NCBI GenBank assembly: GCA_049969855.1
Contig: JBMFOB010000007.1
Coordinates: 1 to 57,984, forward strand
Length of the DNA stretch: 57,984 bases
DNA from: Candidatus Bathyarchaeia archaeon
GTDB taxonomy: Archaea > Thermoproteota > Bathyarchaeia > Bathyarchaeales > Bathycorpusculaceae
Direction of reading: 5' to 3'
This document shows positions 17,905 through 26,240 of this stretch, piece after piece; the first letter of the stretch is position 1, and every line of letters begins with the position of its first letter. The position numbers were made by a program, and so were the translations under genes. The notes under the pieces were generated by a model that ran no database searches, was not told the origin of the DNA, and saw only the letters and a list, made by a program, of their open reading frames with translations.

Positions 17905-20784
17905 TTGAAAGACCAGTCCAAAAATGCTTTTAACTTGCTTGTTAAGCCCATTCGAAGGCTTATTGAGCAGAGGGGTTTCTCTAAGCCTACGGAGCCTCAA
18001 GAAAAAACCATACCAAAAATTCTTGAGGGTAAAAATGTTCTTCTTATTTCGCCTACGGCTACTGGCAAGACTGAAGCTGCTTTTCTTCCAGTTTTAAGCA
18101 TGCTTCTTCAGGGGCTACAGGGAACTCCAGGCATCAAAGTCTTGTACATTACGCCTCTTCGGGCTTTAAACCGAGACATGTTGGAGAGGCTTGAGTGGTG
18201 GTGTAACAATTTAGACATAAAATTGGCTGTTAGGCACGGCGACACTGAAACTAAGGAGCGGACAAGACAAGCCAGAAGTCCTCCAGACGTTTTAATAACA
18301 ACTCCTGAAACTTTGCAAGCCCTATTGTCTGGCTGGATTATGCGCCAGCACCTGCAGCAAGTGCGTTGGGTAATAATTGATGAAGTGCATGAGATGGCTG
18401 ACAGCAAAAGGGGAAGTCAGCTTTCCCTAGCCTTGGAAAGGCTTAGAACTATGATTGGCAGAGACTTCCAAATAATAGGTTTATCAGCAACTATTGGTAG
18501 TCCAGAAAAAGTGGCGCAATTTCTTGTTGGCAATGGTAGAAGTGTTGAAATTGTTCGTGTTCCAGTTGCAAGAACAATGCGATTGAAAATTGTTTTTCCA
18601 AAACCAGAAGACTTAGACTTTAAGCTCGCTGAACAAATTTATACGCATCCCGAGGTTGCAGCGAGGCTGCGGATAATCCGAGAATACATAAGCAAACATA
18701 AGTCTGTTCTTTTATTCACAAACACCCGAGCCATATCAGAAGTTTTAGCTAGCAGATTCAAAGTTTGGGATATAGACTTCCCAGTTTCCATACACCACGG
18801 TTCCCTTGCCAAGCCATCCCGCATAGCGGCCGAAAGAGGCTTAAAATCAGGCGAATTAAAGGGACTCGTCTGCACAAGCAGCCTCGAACTGGGCATAGAT
18901 GTGGGCAGAATAGACCTAGTCATACAATACATGAGTCCGAGACAAGTTACAAGGCTTATCCAGCGCGTGGGCAGAAGCGGCCACAGAATTGGACACATAG
19001 CTGAAGGATTAATCGTTGCCATGGACTCTGACGACACGCTTGAAGCATTAGCCATTGCAAGGAAAGCCTTAAAAGAAGATTTGGAACCCGTTGACATTCC
19101 TCCAAAACCCTACGATGCCCTAGCCCATCAGATAGCTGGTTTGCTTCTAAAAAATAGGAGGCTTGAATTCGGCGAGATTTTAGAAATGTTCAAAAATGCG
19201 TATCCCTATGAAGATTTAACATTAGAAGACATTGAAAAAATCCTTAGATACATGCACCAGCGTTTTCCACGTTTGGCTTGGGTTTCCTTTGAGGACAAAG
19301 TTGTTCTAAAACCCCGAAGGACAAAGGCGCTTTTTGAATACTATTTTGACAATTTGTCCATGATACCTGAAGAGAAACAGTTCTTGGTTGTTGACGAATC
19401 AAGCGACTCGGCTATAGGCGTTTTAGACGAAGCTTTCATGGCAGAATATGGCAAGCCTGGAACAAAATTCATAATTAGGGGAAGCCCATGGCGGATTTTC
19501 CATATCTCAGAAGAGAAGGTTTACGTTAGACCCGTTGACGACCCAACGGGTGCTATACCAAGCTGGATAGGTGAAGAAATTCCAGTGCCGTTTGAAGTGG
19601 CGCAGGAAGTGGGTGCAATTAGGGGTTTTGTTGAAGAGCAAATGCTTAAAGGGTTTTCTCCAGAAGAAACAGCCGCTAAATTGAGTGAAAATTATCCTTC
19701 AGATAAGAATACGATTTTGCGTGCTTTAGCCGAAACAACTGAACAGGTAAATGCTGGAATTCCAGTTCCAACTGACAAACGAATAGTAATCGAAGATTGG
19801 GAGGAATTCGTAATAATCCACGCCAACTTCGGCTCCCTTACGAACAGAGCCCTTGCCCAGTTGATAGGTCAATTGTTGTCTGAAAAGATAGGCTATGCCG
19901 TAGTTGTTCAACATGACCCATACCGCATTTTTGTGCAGACCATGGGCGCCGTAAACGCTGATCAAATAATCATGCTTTTCGATGAAATGCGAGCCATGTC
20001 AGATCAAGCAGTTAGAGACGCTCTAAAAAGGGCAACTGTGAAAACTGGACTTTTCAAAAGAAGAATGATTCATGTGGCAAGACGTTTCGGAGCCCTCCAG
20101 AAGTGGGCTGACTTCAGCAATGTCAGCCTTCAGAGGCTGATAAAAAGTTTTGAAGATACACCCATTTTTGAAGAAGCCCTCAAGGAAGTTTTCACTAAGG
20201 ATTTGGATTTGGAAAGGCTTGTTTTTGTGCTTAAAAAAATTCGAGAAGGCGAAATTCAACTACAGAAAATCGAAACTGGCGGAAATGCAACCCCTGTTGC
20301 TCGTGTTGGCATTGAAAGGGTAAGCATGAAAACCGATTTGATTCCACCTGAAAGGATGCGAGCCGTGCTCATAGAATCAGTTAAAGCCCGATTACTTAAT
20401 GAAACATGCAATTTCATATGCACAAACTGTTGGAATTACATGGAAATGATACGGGCTAAAGACTTACCAGACAAGCCCAAATGTCCAAGGTGCGGTTCTC
20501 AAGCAATTGGGCTTCTGAAAGTGGAAGAAGAGAAGGCGCTACCGCTCATGGAAAAGAAGGGTGAAAAACTTACAAAAGGCGAAGAGAAATTGCAGAAACA
20601 AGCATTGCAAACAGCCCAATTGATAGCAAAGTATGGAAAAGCCGCTGCAGTTGCACTTTGCGCCAGAAAAGTTCAACCGTCAGACGTGAAAGAAATTCTT
20701 GAAGAAGAGAAAAAACTCAATGACAGATTTTATGAACTTGTTCTCGAAGCAGAACGCAAAGCCCTTAGCAAAAGGTTCTGGTAA
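17905..20784 (+). CDS. lhr: ATP-dependent helicase Lhr (archaeal Lhr, SF2) with C-terminal Zn finger
   Basis: PTATGKT, TPLRALNRD, DEVH, SAT, HHGSL, TSSLELGID, QRVGRSGH; IPSW.GE; CTNC/CPRC. Confidence 0.93.
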   Translation: MKDQSKNAFNLLVKPIRRLIEQRGFSKPTEPQEKTIPKILEGKNVLLISPTATGKTEAAFLPVLSMLLQGLQGTPGIKVLYITPLRALNRDMLERLEWWCNNLDIKLAVRHGDTETKERTRQARSPPDVLITTPETLQALLSGWIMRQHLQQVRWVIIDEVHEMADSKRGSQLSLALERLRTMIGRDFQIIGLSATIGSPEKVAQFLVGNGRSVEIVRVPVARTMRLKIVFPKPEDLDFKLAEQIYTHPEVAARLRIIREYISKHKSVLLFTNTRAISEVLASRFKVWDIDFPVSIHHGSLAKPSRIAAERGLKSGELKGLVCTSSLELGIDVGRIDLVIQYMSPRQVTRLIQRVGRSGHRIGHIAEGLIVAMDSDDTLEALAIARKALKEDLEPVDIPPKPYDALAHQIAGLLLKNRRLEFGEILEMFKNAYPYEDLTLEDIEKILRYMHQRFPRLAWVSFEDKVVLKPRRTKALFEYYFDNLSMIPEEKQFLVVDESSDSAIGVLDEAFMAEYGKPGTKFIIRGSPWRIFHISEEKVYVRPVDDPTGAIPSWIGEEIPVPFEVAQEVGAIRGFVEEQMLKGFSPEETAAKLSENYPSDKNTILRALAETTEQVNAGIPVPTDKRIVIEDWEEFVIIHANFGSLTNRALAQLIGQLLSEKIGYAVVVQHDPYRIFVQTMGAVNADQIIMLFDEMRAMSDQAVRDALKRATVKTGLFKRRMIHVARRFGALQKWADFSNVSLQRLIKSFEDTPIFEEALKEVFTKDLDLERLVFVLKKIREGEIQLQKIETGGNATPVARVGIERVSMKTDLIPPERMRAVLIESVKARLLNETCNFICTNCWNYMEMIRAKDLPDKPKCPRCGSQAIGLLKVEEEKALPLMEKKGEKLTKGEEKLQKQALQTAQLIAKYGKAAAVALCARKVQPSDVKEILEEEKKLNDRFYELVLEAERKALSKRFW

Positions 20785-20850
20785 CTTAAAAGGTTATAGC
20801 AACTTTTAAATGAAGGGCTGCTTTATTTTGCCTAAACGCTCGTTTGTCAA

Positions 20851-21198
20851 TTGTTAAAGGAGAATGGCAATTTGGAGATAAGCCGTAAAAGACTGCGGGA
20901 AGAGGTTCTTGAAAGAATTAAATATATTCAAACATGCGTTTTGGCAAGGGAAATATGCTTACTTGTTCGTACAAACAGAGCTGTATTGGAGCCAAAAGAT
21001 GTGCAAGAAATCTGCCTTTACGTATCAAAACTCTGTCGGGAACGTGGATGTGAAGAGGCAAGTGAACTATGCCGCAAGGCTTCGGAAAGCATCGGCTCCG
21101 GAGATGAAGAAAAATATCTTGAATTGTGCACCCAAAGCTGCATGAAATGTGGAGAAGCCAGAAGACCAACACCTAAGAAGGCCACATACGTCGCTTGA
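20851..21198 (+). CDS. Cys-rich helical hypothetical protein
   Basis: Nine Cys in helical-looking spacing, including CTQSCMKC; BRE/TATA-like element at about 20800-20810. Confidence 0.7.
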   Translation: MLKENGNLEISRKRLREEVLERIKYIQTCVLAREICLLVRTNRAVLEPKDVQEICLYVSKLCRERGCEEASELCRKASESIGSGDEEKYLELCTQSCMKCGEARRPTPKKATYVA

Positions 21199-21277
21199 AA
21201 AGCAAAAGTCTTTAAAAGAACCGAAACATTTTGATTAGACAGAAAACAATAAGTCACGCTTAAAAGAGGTTTAGTGA

Positions 21278-21754
21278 ATGTATATAGCACCTTACGTTCC
21301 AAGCCCACCACAAGTAATCCGTCAAATGCTTATCCTAGCAGAATTAAAACCAAGAGAAGTTTTCTTCGACTTAGGCGCCGGAGACGGCAGAGCAGTCATA
21401 ATGGCTGCAAAAGACTTTGGAGCAAGAGCTGTCGGCGTAGAATTAAGAGAAGACCTTGTGAAAAGGGCTTTAAGCGCTGTTTATGAACAAGGGCTTCAAG
21501 ACAAAGTGACCATAGTGAATGGCGACATGTTCCATGTAGACTTGACATCAGCTGATGTTGTTTTCCTCTATTTGACAACTAGCGCCAATGAGAAGATTAA
21601 GCCAAAACTTGAGTCTGAACTTAAACCTGGAGTCCGTGTGGTTTCTCATGATTATGAAATTGTTGGGTGGAAACCAGTTAAAGTTGTGAACTTCTGCGAG
21701 AACCAAACCTTGGGGTATCCTTCCCACACTATTTATTTGTACAAAAAAGTTTAG
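21278..21754 (+). CDS. Protein lysine methyltransferase, aKMT/FAM173-like (class I SAM)
   Basis: PYVPSP, DLGAGDGR, AVGVE, ADVVFLYL..AN..IKPKLE.ELKPG.RVVSHD, HTIYLY match recalled crenarchaeal aKMT. Confidence 0.8.
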   Translation: MYIAPYVPSPPQVIRQMLILAELKPREVFFDLGAGDGRAVIMAAKDFGARAVGVELREDLVKRALSAVYEQGLQDKVTIVNGDMFHVDLTSADVVFLYLTTSANEKIKPKLESELKPGVRVVSHDYEIVGWKPVKVVNFCENQTLGYPSHTIYLYKKV

Positions 21755-21767
21755 GTTTCGTCCATAA

Positions 21768-22193
21768 GTGAAAGCCATGTCACCTTCAACATTTAGGGCT
21801 TCTTTCAGGGTCACTTGGGTGGACACGGATTCAGCCCAAATTGTGCATTATTCCAACTATTTCAGATTCTTCGAAAGGACAGAGGAAGAATTTTATAGAC
21901 ATTTAGGCTTCGGCTTTGAGGACGCAGCAAAGAAGGGACTTTTATTTCCAAGGGTTGAAGCCTTCTGTCAGTTTAAGAAACCAGCAAAATTTAACGATTT
22001 GCTTGAAGTGGAGTTAACAGTGGAGGAAATTAAGGAGAAATCTGTTAAGTACGGTTTTAAAGTGTTCAATAAAGAGTCTAGAGCTTTATTAGCAAACGGC
22101 TACGTGGTAATTGTAGCCTTGAACAAGCAAACCTGGAAAGCCACAGAAATTCCCATGGAATTCGCTGAAAAACTAAAAAATTTTGCAAAATAA
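21768..22193 (+). CDS. Acyl-CoA thioesterase (YbgC/4-HBT hotdog fold)
   Basis: RVTWVDTDSAQIVHYSNYFRFFE; FKKPAKFND. Confidence 0.88.
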   Translation: MKAMSPSTFRASFRVTWVDTDSAQIVHYSNYFRFFERTEEEFYRHLGFGFEDAAKKGLLFPRVEAFCQFKKPAKFNDLLEVELTVEEIKEKSVKYGFKVFNKESRALLANGYVVIVALNKQTWKATEIPMEFAEKLKNFAK

Positions 22194-22247
22194 TTTTAAG
22201 AGAAAACCATTTTTGAAATTTTACAAGAAGAGGCGCGTCGACAGAAA

Positions 22248-22781
22248 ATGCTGTTTGTTCCATGGCAGTACATTGCAGACTGGAAATGTAAAGCGTGCGG
22301 ATTATGTTGTAAAGCCTACAGTGTCGTTCTAAACTTTCAGGAATGGTTAAAAATTGTAAACAATTACGGCGCAGACAAAACAGTCTCAGGCTTGAATAAG
22401 CTGTTTATCAAGAGAAGAAGCGATGGCTCATGCGTCTTCCTATACAATATCTCCGACATACACATATGTGGACTGCAACACATGAAACCTAAAGCATGCA
22501 AGCTTTGGCCCTTCAAAATTTTAGGTAAACCAGATTTTGGATACGCAAGAGAAGCAGCATATGACTTCGGCGAAAGAACCGTCTTCGTATATGCTGATTC
22601 CACTTGCAACGGGCTTACTTATGGAAGACCTACATGGGAGTTCGCTAATCAAACTCTAAAAGAGTTTATAGAAATCTCGTTGGGACTTCGCAGCCAACAA
22701 TACAAAACCACGGCAGATGTTAACTTCCTTCAACCTTATGTTGGATTTAGAATTTTAGGCATGAGAAGAAGTTATGTTTAG
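22248..22781 (+). CDS. YkgJ family Fe-S/Zn cluster protein (CxxCxxCC)
   Basis: CKACGLCC, GSCVFL, CGL...KPKACKLWPF. Confidence 0.85.
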   Translation: MLFVPWQYIADWKCKACGLCCKAYSVVLNFQEWLKIVNNYGADKTVSGLNKLFIKRRSDGSCVFLYNISDIHICGLQHMKPKACKLWPFKILGKPDFGYAREAAYDFGERTVFVYADSTCNGLTYGRPTWEFANQTLKEFIEISLGLRSQQYKTTADVNFLQPYVGFRILGMRRSYV

Positions 22782-22782
22782 T

Positions 22783-22824
22783 ATATATCAGAAAAAGTTT
22801 ATATATAAGGAATTATTGATATAT
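22783..22824 (+). promoter_or_regulatory. Leaderless promoter (BRE-TATA GAAAAAGTTTATATA) flanked by inverted repeat ATATATCA...TGATATAT
   Basis: Repeat arms at 22783-22790 and 22817-22824 bracket the TATA; the second arm overlaps the ArsR start. Candidate autoregulatory operator. Confidence 0.5.
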
Positions 22825-23164
22825 GTTTGCCGTTGAGGAGAACTCTTTGAATGAAAACGAAAGCAGAGAAATGGTGAAAATATTGAAAGCCTTAGCAAAC
22901 CCAATAAGACTGAAGATGGTTGCTTCGCTTTATGAAAAACCAAAAAATGTTTATGTTTTGGCAAAAGAGCTTAATCTTCCCTATCCGCTGGCTTATCTTC
23001 ACCTTGACGGTTTGAAAAAACTTGGTTTGGTGAAAGAAATAAGAGAGGAGAAAAAAGTGGAAGGGCTTCCAACAGTGAAATACTATGCACCTTCTGATTT
23101 CAAGGTTGTTCTAACTCCAGCAGAAATCCACAAGATTTTCAGAAAGAGGGAGGAGATGAAATAA
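22823..23164 (+). CDS. ArsR/SmtB-type winged HTH regulator
   Basis: LKALANPIRLKM, LAKELNLPYPLAYLHLDGLKKLGLV, KYY. Confidence 0.88.
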   Translation: MFAVEENSLNENESREMVKILKALANPIRLKMVASLYEKPKNVYVLAKELNLPYPLAYLHLDGLKKLGLVKEIREEKKVEGLPTVKYYAPSDFKVVLTPAEIHKIFRKREEMK

Positions 23165-23493
23165 TGGTCAGAACTTCTCTTTTAACTGCTTTATGCATAA
23201 TCCTAATAGGCTTTGGAGTGCCCACAATTTGCATATACTTCTCAGTATTTTATGAATTTAACGTTATTGTGGCTGTACTTATAGCGCTACTAGCCTTAAT
23301 AGTTGCTGGCATCTTAGCTATTATTGGTATGGCTATAGGAAGCGAAGAAGTACCATCTGAAACGCTTAAACCGTCAGAGAGAGAAAAGCTAAACCTTCTG
23401 AGGGCGCATCAGAGGGCAACCCTCGAAGAGCTTGATGACATAATTGAAGTTCTCAAAGAAATTAAGGATGTGTTAAAATCAGCGCAAGAATAA
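23164..23493 (+). CDS. 2-TM membrane protein with C-terminal coiled coil
   Basis: Two TM helices, then heptad LEELDDIIEVLKEIKDVLK; 1-bp overlap with the ArsR gene. Confidence 0.8.
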   Translation: MVRTSLLTALCIILIGFGVPTICIYFSVFYEFNVIVAVLIALLALIVAGILAIIGMAIGSEEVPSETLKPSEREKLNLLRAHQRATLEELDDIIEVLKEIKDVLKSAQE

Positions 23494-23506
23494 CAAGGTG
23501 GGTTTT

Positions 23507-23641
23507 ATGGTGAAAGAGTTGAAATACCTAAAGTTTTCCGACGAAGATGTGGTCAAAGAAACGGAAAAGCGCTTGAAGGAAATGAAAAGATTGCTGATTG
23601 AAATAAGGGATTTGTTGAAAACTGCTGGAGGATTTGAGTAA
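23507..23641 (+). CDS. 44-aa coiled-coil microprotein (not in ORF track)
   Basis: MVKELKYLKFSDEDVVKETEKRLKEMKRLLIEIRDLLKTAGGFE*; SD AGGTGG upstream; fills the operon gap exactly. Confidence 0.72.
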   Translation: MVKELKYLKFSDEDVVKETEKRLKEMKRLLIEIRDLLKTAGGFE

Positions 23642-23654
23642 GGGAGGGAAAAAT

Positions 23655-24494
23655 GTGAGCGGAGAAGAAAGAATGAAGGAATATGAGAAAAAACTTCGCG
23701 AGACAGCCATTCCAACAACACGTGTAAGTGGTTCTGGAAAAGTGCACCTTGAAGGAATAGGTGACATCCGCATTTCGGGTTCTGGCATTGTCTCCCCTGA
23801 AGAAATAAAGATCAGCGGAAGTGGAAGCCTACCTGGAGGATTGAAGGTTAGAAGGGTAAGCTGCGCTGGCAGCGTCTCCATCGAAGGAGATGTTGAAACC
23901 GAAGAAATGAGCTTTTCTGGATCTTCATCTATAGTTGGCAATGTAAATGCTAAAAGTTTGTCTGCTTCTGGAAGTCTTTCAGTTGGCGGGGAAGTAAATG
24001 GTTCTTTAGTGAAGATTGCTGGCTCATGCAAAGTGGGCAAAGGAGTAAAATTGGAAGACGCTTTACAAGTGCATGGTTCATTTAAAGTCTTGGGGGATGT
24101 GGAAACAAAAAATTTGGTTGAGCTTCATGGGGTATTTTCGGTAGATGGAAAGATTGTTACCAATAAATTTGAAGCAGAATTAAGTAGGCGTGAATCCCAT
24201 GTAAGAGATGGTATCGAATCTATTAATGTTAGCGTAAAAAGCAAAGGAGCAGAAGGTTTGGTGATTTTTGGCATACCAATCGTTGGAAAAATCTTCCACG
24301 ATGGAAAGCTCTATACAACGAATATTATGGCGAAGGAAACGGTGTATCTGGAAAATGTTTGCTGTGAAAATGTTTATGGAAGAGACGTGACTATAGGCAA
24401 AGGATGTATTATTAAAGGGAAAGTAAAGTATTCTGGTTCAATTTCGGTTCATCCAGAAGCAAAGCTTGCTAACCCTCCAGAAAAATCAAGTTGA
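23655..24494 (+). CDS. Bactofilin/CcmA-like (polymer-forming cytoskeletal) beta-helix protein
   Basis: Repeated ISGSG/SGS.V.G.V beta-helix units and V.G.DVTIG.GC.I.G.V.Y C-terminus. GTG start at 23655 after GGAGG. Confidence 0.72.
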   Translation: MSGEERMKEYEKKLRETAIPTTRVSGSGKVHLEGIGDIRISGSGIVSPEEIKISGSGSLPGGLKVRRVSCAGSVSIEGDVETEEMSFSGSSSIVGNVNAKSLSASGSLSVGGEVNGSLVKIAGSCKVGKGVKLEDALQVHGSFKVLGDVETKNLVELHGVFSVDGKIVTNKFEAELSRRESHVRDGIESINVSVKSKGAEGLVIFGIPIVGKIFHDGKLYTTNIMAKETVYLENVCCENVYGRDVTIGKGCIIKGKVKYSGSISVHPEAKLANPPEKSS

Positions 24495-24581
24495 AAGTGA
24501 CCAAGTTTGTGTTCACTTTTGCAAACAGACCTTAACTTTTGTGTCCAACCAAATCCTATGTCAAAGATACGGTGAAGCCCG

Positions 24582-25493
24582 ATGGAAGTTGTAAAATCCA
24601 TAAACCTTCACAAGGTTTATCACAGCAGGGAAGAAGTTGAGGCTTTAAAAAACGTATCCCTTTCCATGAAGAAAGGCGAACTTTTCACATTGTTGGGTCC
24701 AAACGGCGCTGGCAAAACAACTTTCCTCAGAATTGTTTCCACTCAGCTTTTGCCGACAAAAGGAGAAGCCTATGTTTTGGATTATGACGTAGTGAGACAG
24801 CCCGAAGAAGTACGTAAGCACATAGCGGTTGTTCCGCAGGATGTGGCTACTTATGGTAATTTCACCCCCTGGGAATATTGCTATTATTTTTCGCTTCTTC
24901 GTGGAATACCAAAAAACAAAGTTCCAGAAAAGGCTGAAAGGGCTTTAAAAGCTGTTGAACTTTGGGATTTGAGAAATCGAACCTGCGTAACGCTTTCTGG
25001 GGGAGAGAGGAGGCGTGCGATAATTGCTTCAGTTCTGGCTTCAGATGCTGAGGTTCTGATGCTTGACGAGCCAACAAGCGGTTTAGATGCTGTGGCAAGA
25101 AGAAATGTCTGGGCTGTTTTAAGGGAGATGGTTGAACAGGGTAAAACCATAGTTTTGACAACGCATATTATGGAAGAGGCTGAAATGGTTTCAGATAGAC
25201 TTGTCATAATCCATAAAGGCGTTGTGGTGGCTGAAGGAACACCAGAACAAATAAAGAGTCTAGCAAAAGAAAGATTCAGAGTTGTCATAGAAGGAAACTT
25301 GAAAGATTTAGGCTTAACAGAAAAAAGCAATCACATAGTAAGATTTGGCAGTAAACACATAATCTACGTGAAAAATGAGGATGAAGCCATAGAACTTGTT
25401 AGAAAAGCCATTAAAAAGGGTTTGAAGGCTGAAACTGCACCGGTTACGCTTGAAGATGTTTTTGTAAGTCTTGCAGGAGGCGAAATGAATTGA
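24582..25493 (+). CDS. ABC transporter ATP-binding protein (DrrA-like exporter)
   Basis: GPNGAGKT, LSGGE, LDEPTSGLD, TTH and C-terminal TLEDVF. Confidence 0.95.
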   Translation: MEVVKSINLHKVYHSREEVEALKNVSLSMKKGELFTLLGPNGAGKTTFLRIVSTQLLPTKGEAYVLDYDVVRQPEEVRKHIAVVPQDVATYGNFTPWEYCYYFSLLRGIPKNKVPEKAERALKAVELWDLRNRTCVTLSGGERRRAIIASVLASDAEVLMLDEPTSGLDAVARRNVWAVLREMVEQGKTIVLTTHIMEEAEMVSDRLVIIHKGVVVAEGTPEQIKSLAKERFRVVIEGNLKDLGLTEKSNHIVRFGSKHIIYVKNEDEAIELVRKAIKKGLKAETAPVTLEDVFVSLAGGEMN

Positions 25494-26230
25494 ACCTAAA
25501 AATATTAAAAGACATATTCGTCATCACCGCCCTAAAATCCATACCTGACTTGAAGAGGCAACCATTAATCATTTTTGTCATCGGGCTCATAAGTTCGCTT
25601 CCTTTGTATTTCATTGTAATTTTCGGCGGACAAATAACATTTGGGTTAATTGGTGCAATGGTTTCCACAGTTAGTTTCATTGGAATGAATGCTGCAATCC
25701 AAGAAATGTCATGGGATAGGTATGTAAAAATAAGGGAAATGATTGTTGCTATGCCCGTTCATCCTTTATCATATGCTTTAGGCATAGCCTTAGCCCCTCT
25801 AATCCTTTCCATACCAAGCTTAATCTTTTTTGGAGCCATAGCTTTATGGCTAGGCGCATTAACATTCTATTCTCTATTATGGACTGTGATAGCGTTAATT
25901 TTATGTTGGGCAACTGTTAGCAGCGCTGGTTTCCTAATTTCCACATACCTTCAGAAAGCAAGCACATATACTCTAAACAACCTTTCAAATATTCTCGGTA
26001 TAGCTTTGGGGTTTATACTGCCAGTATACTACCCAGAAGAAATCCTGGGAAATTTCAGCTGGATATCCGTAATATTTCCAACATCTAATGCTGCCAGTCT
26101 AATCAGAGTGTATTCTGGTTCCTTAAGTTTGCCTTTCGAAATGATTATTGTCAGATGGTTAATTCTGATGGTGAGTACGATAGTTTTTGCAATTATAACA
26201 GTAGCTAAGGCAAGATGGCGAGAAATCTAA
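25490..26230 (+). CDS. ABC-2 type transporter permease
   Basis: About six TMs; MPV and PVYYP motifs; 4-bp overlap with the ATPase. Confidence 0.88.
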   Translation: MNLKILKDIFVITALKSIPDLKRQPLIIFVIGLISSLPLYFIVIFGGQITFGLIGAMVSTVSFIGMNAAIQEMSWDRYVKIREMIVAMPVHPLSYALGIALAPLILSIPSLIFFGAIALWLGALTFYSLLWTVIALILCWATVSSAGFLISTYLQKASTYTLNNLSNILGIALGFILPVYYPEEILGNFSWISVIFPTSNAASLIRVYSGSLSLPFEMIIVRWLILMVSTIVFAIITVAKARWREI

Positions 26231-26240
26231 AGGTTAATTC

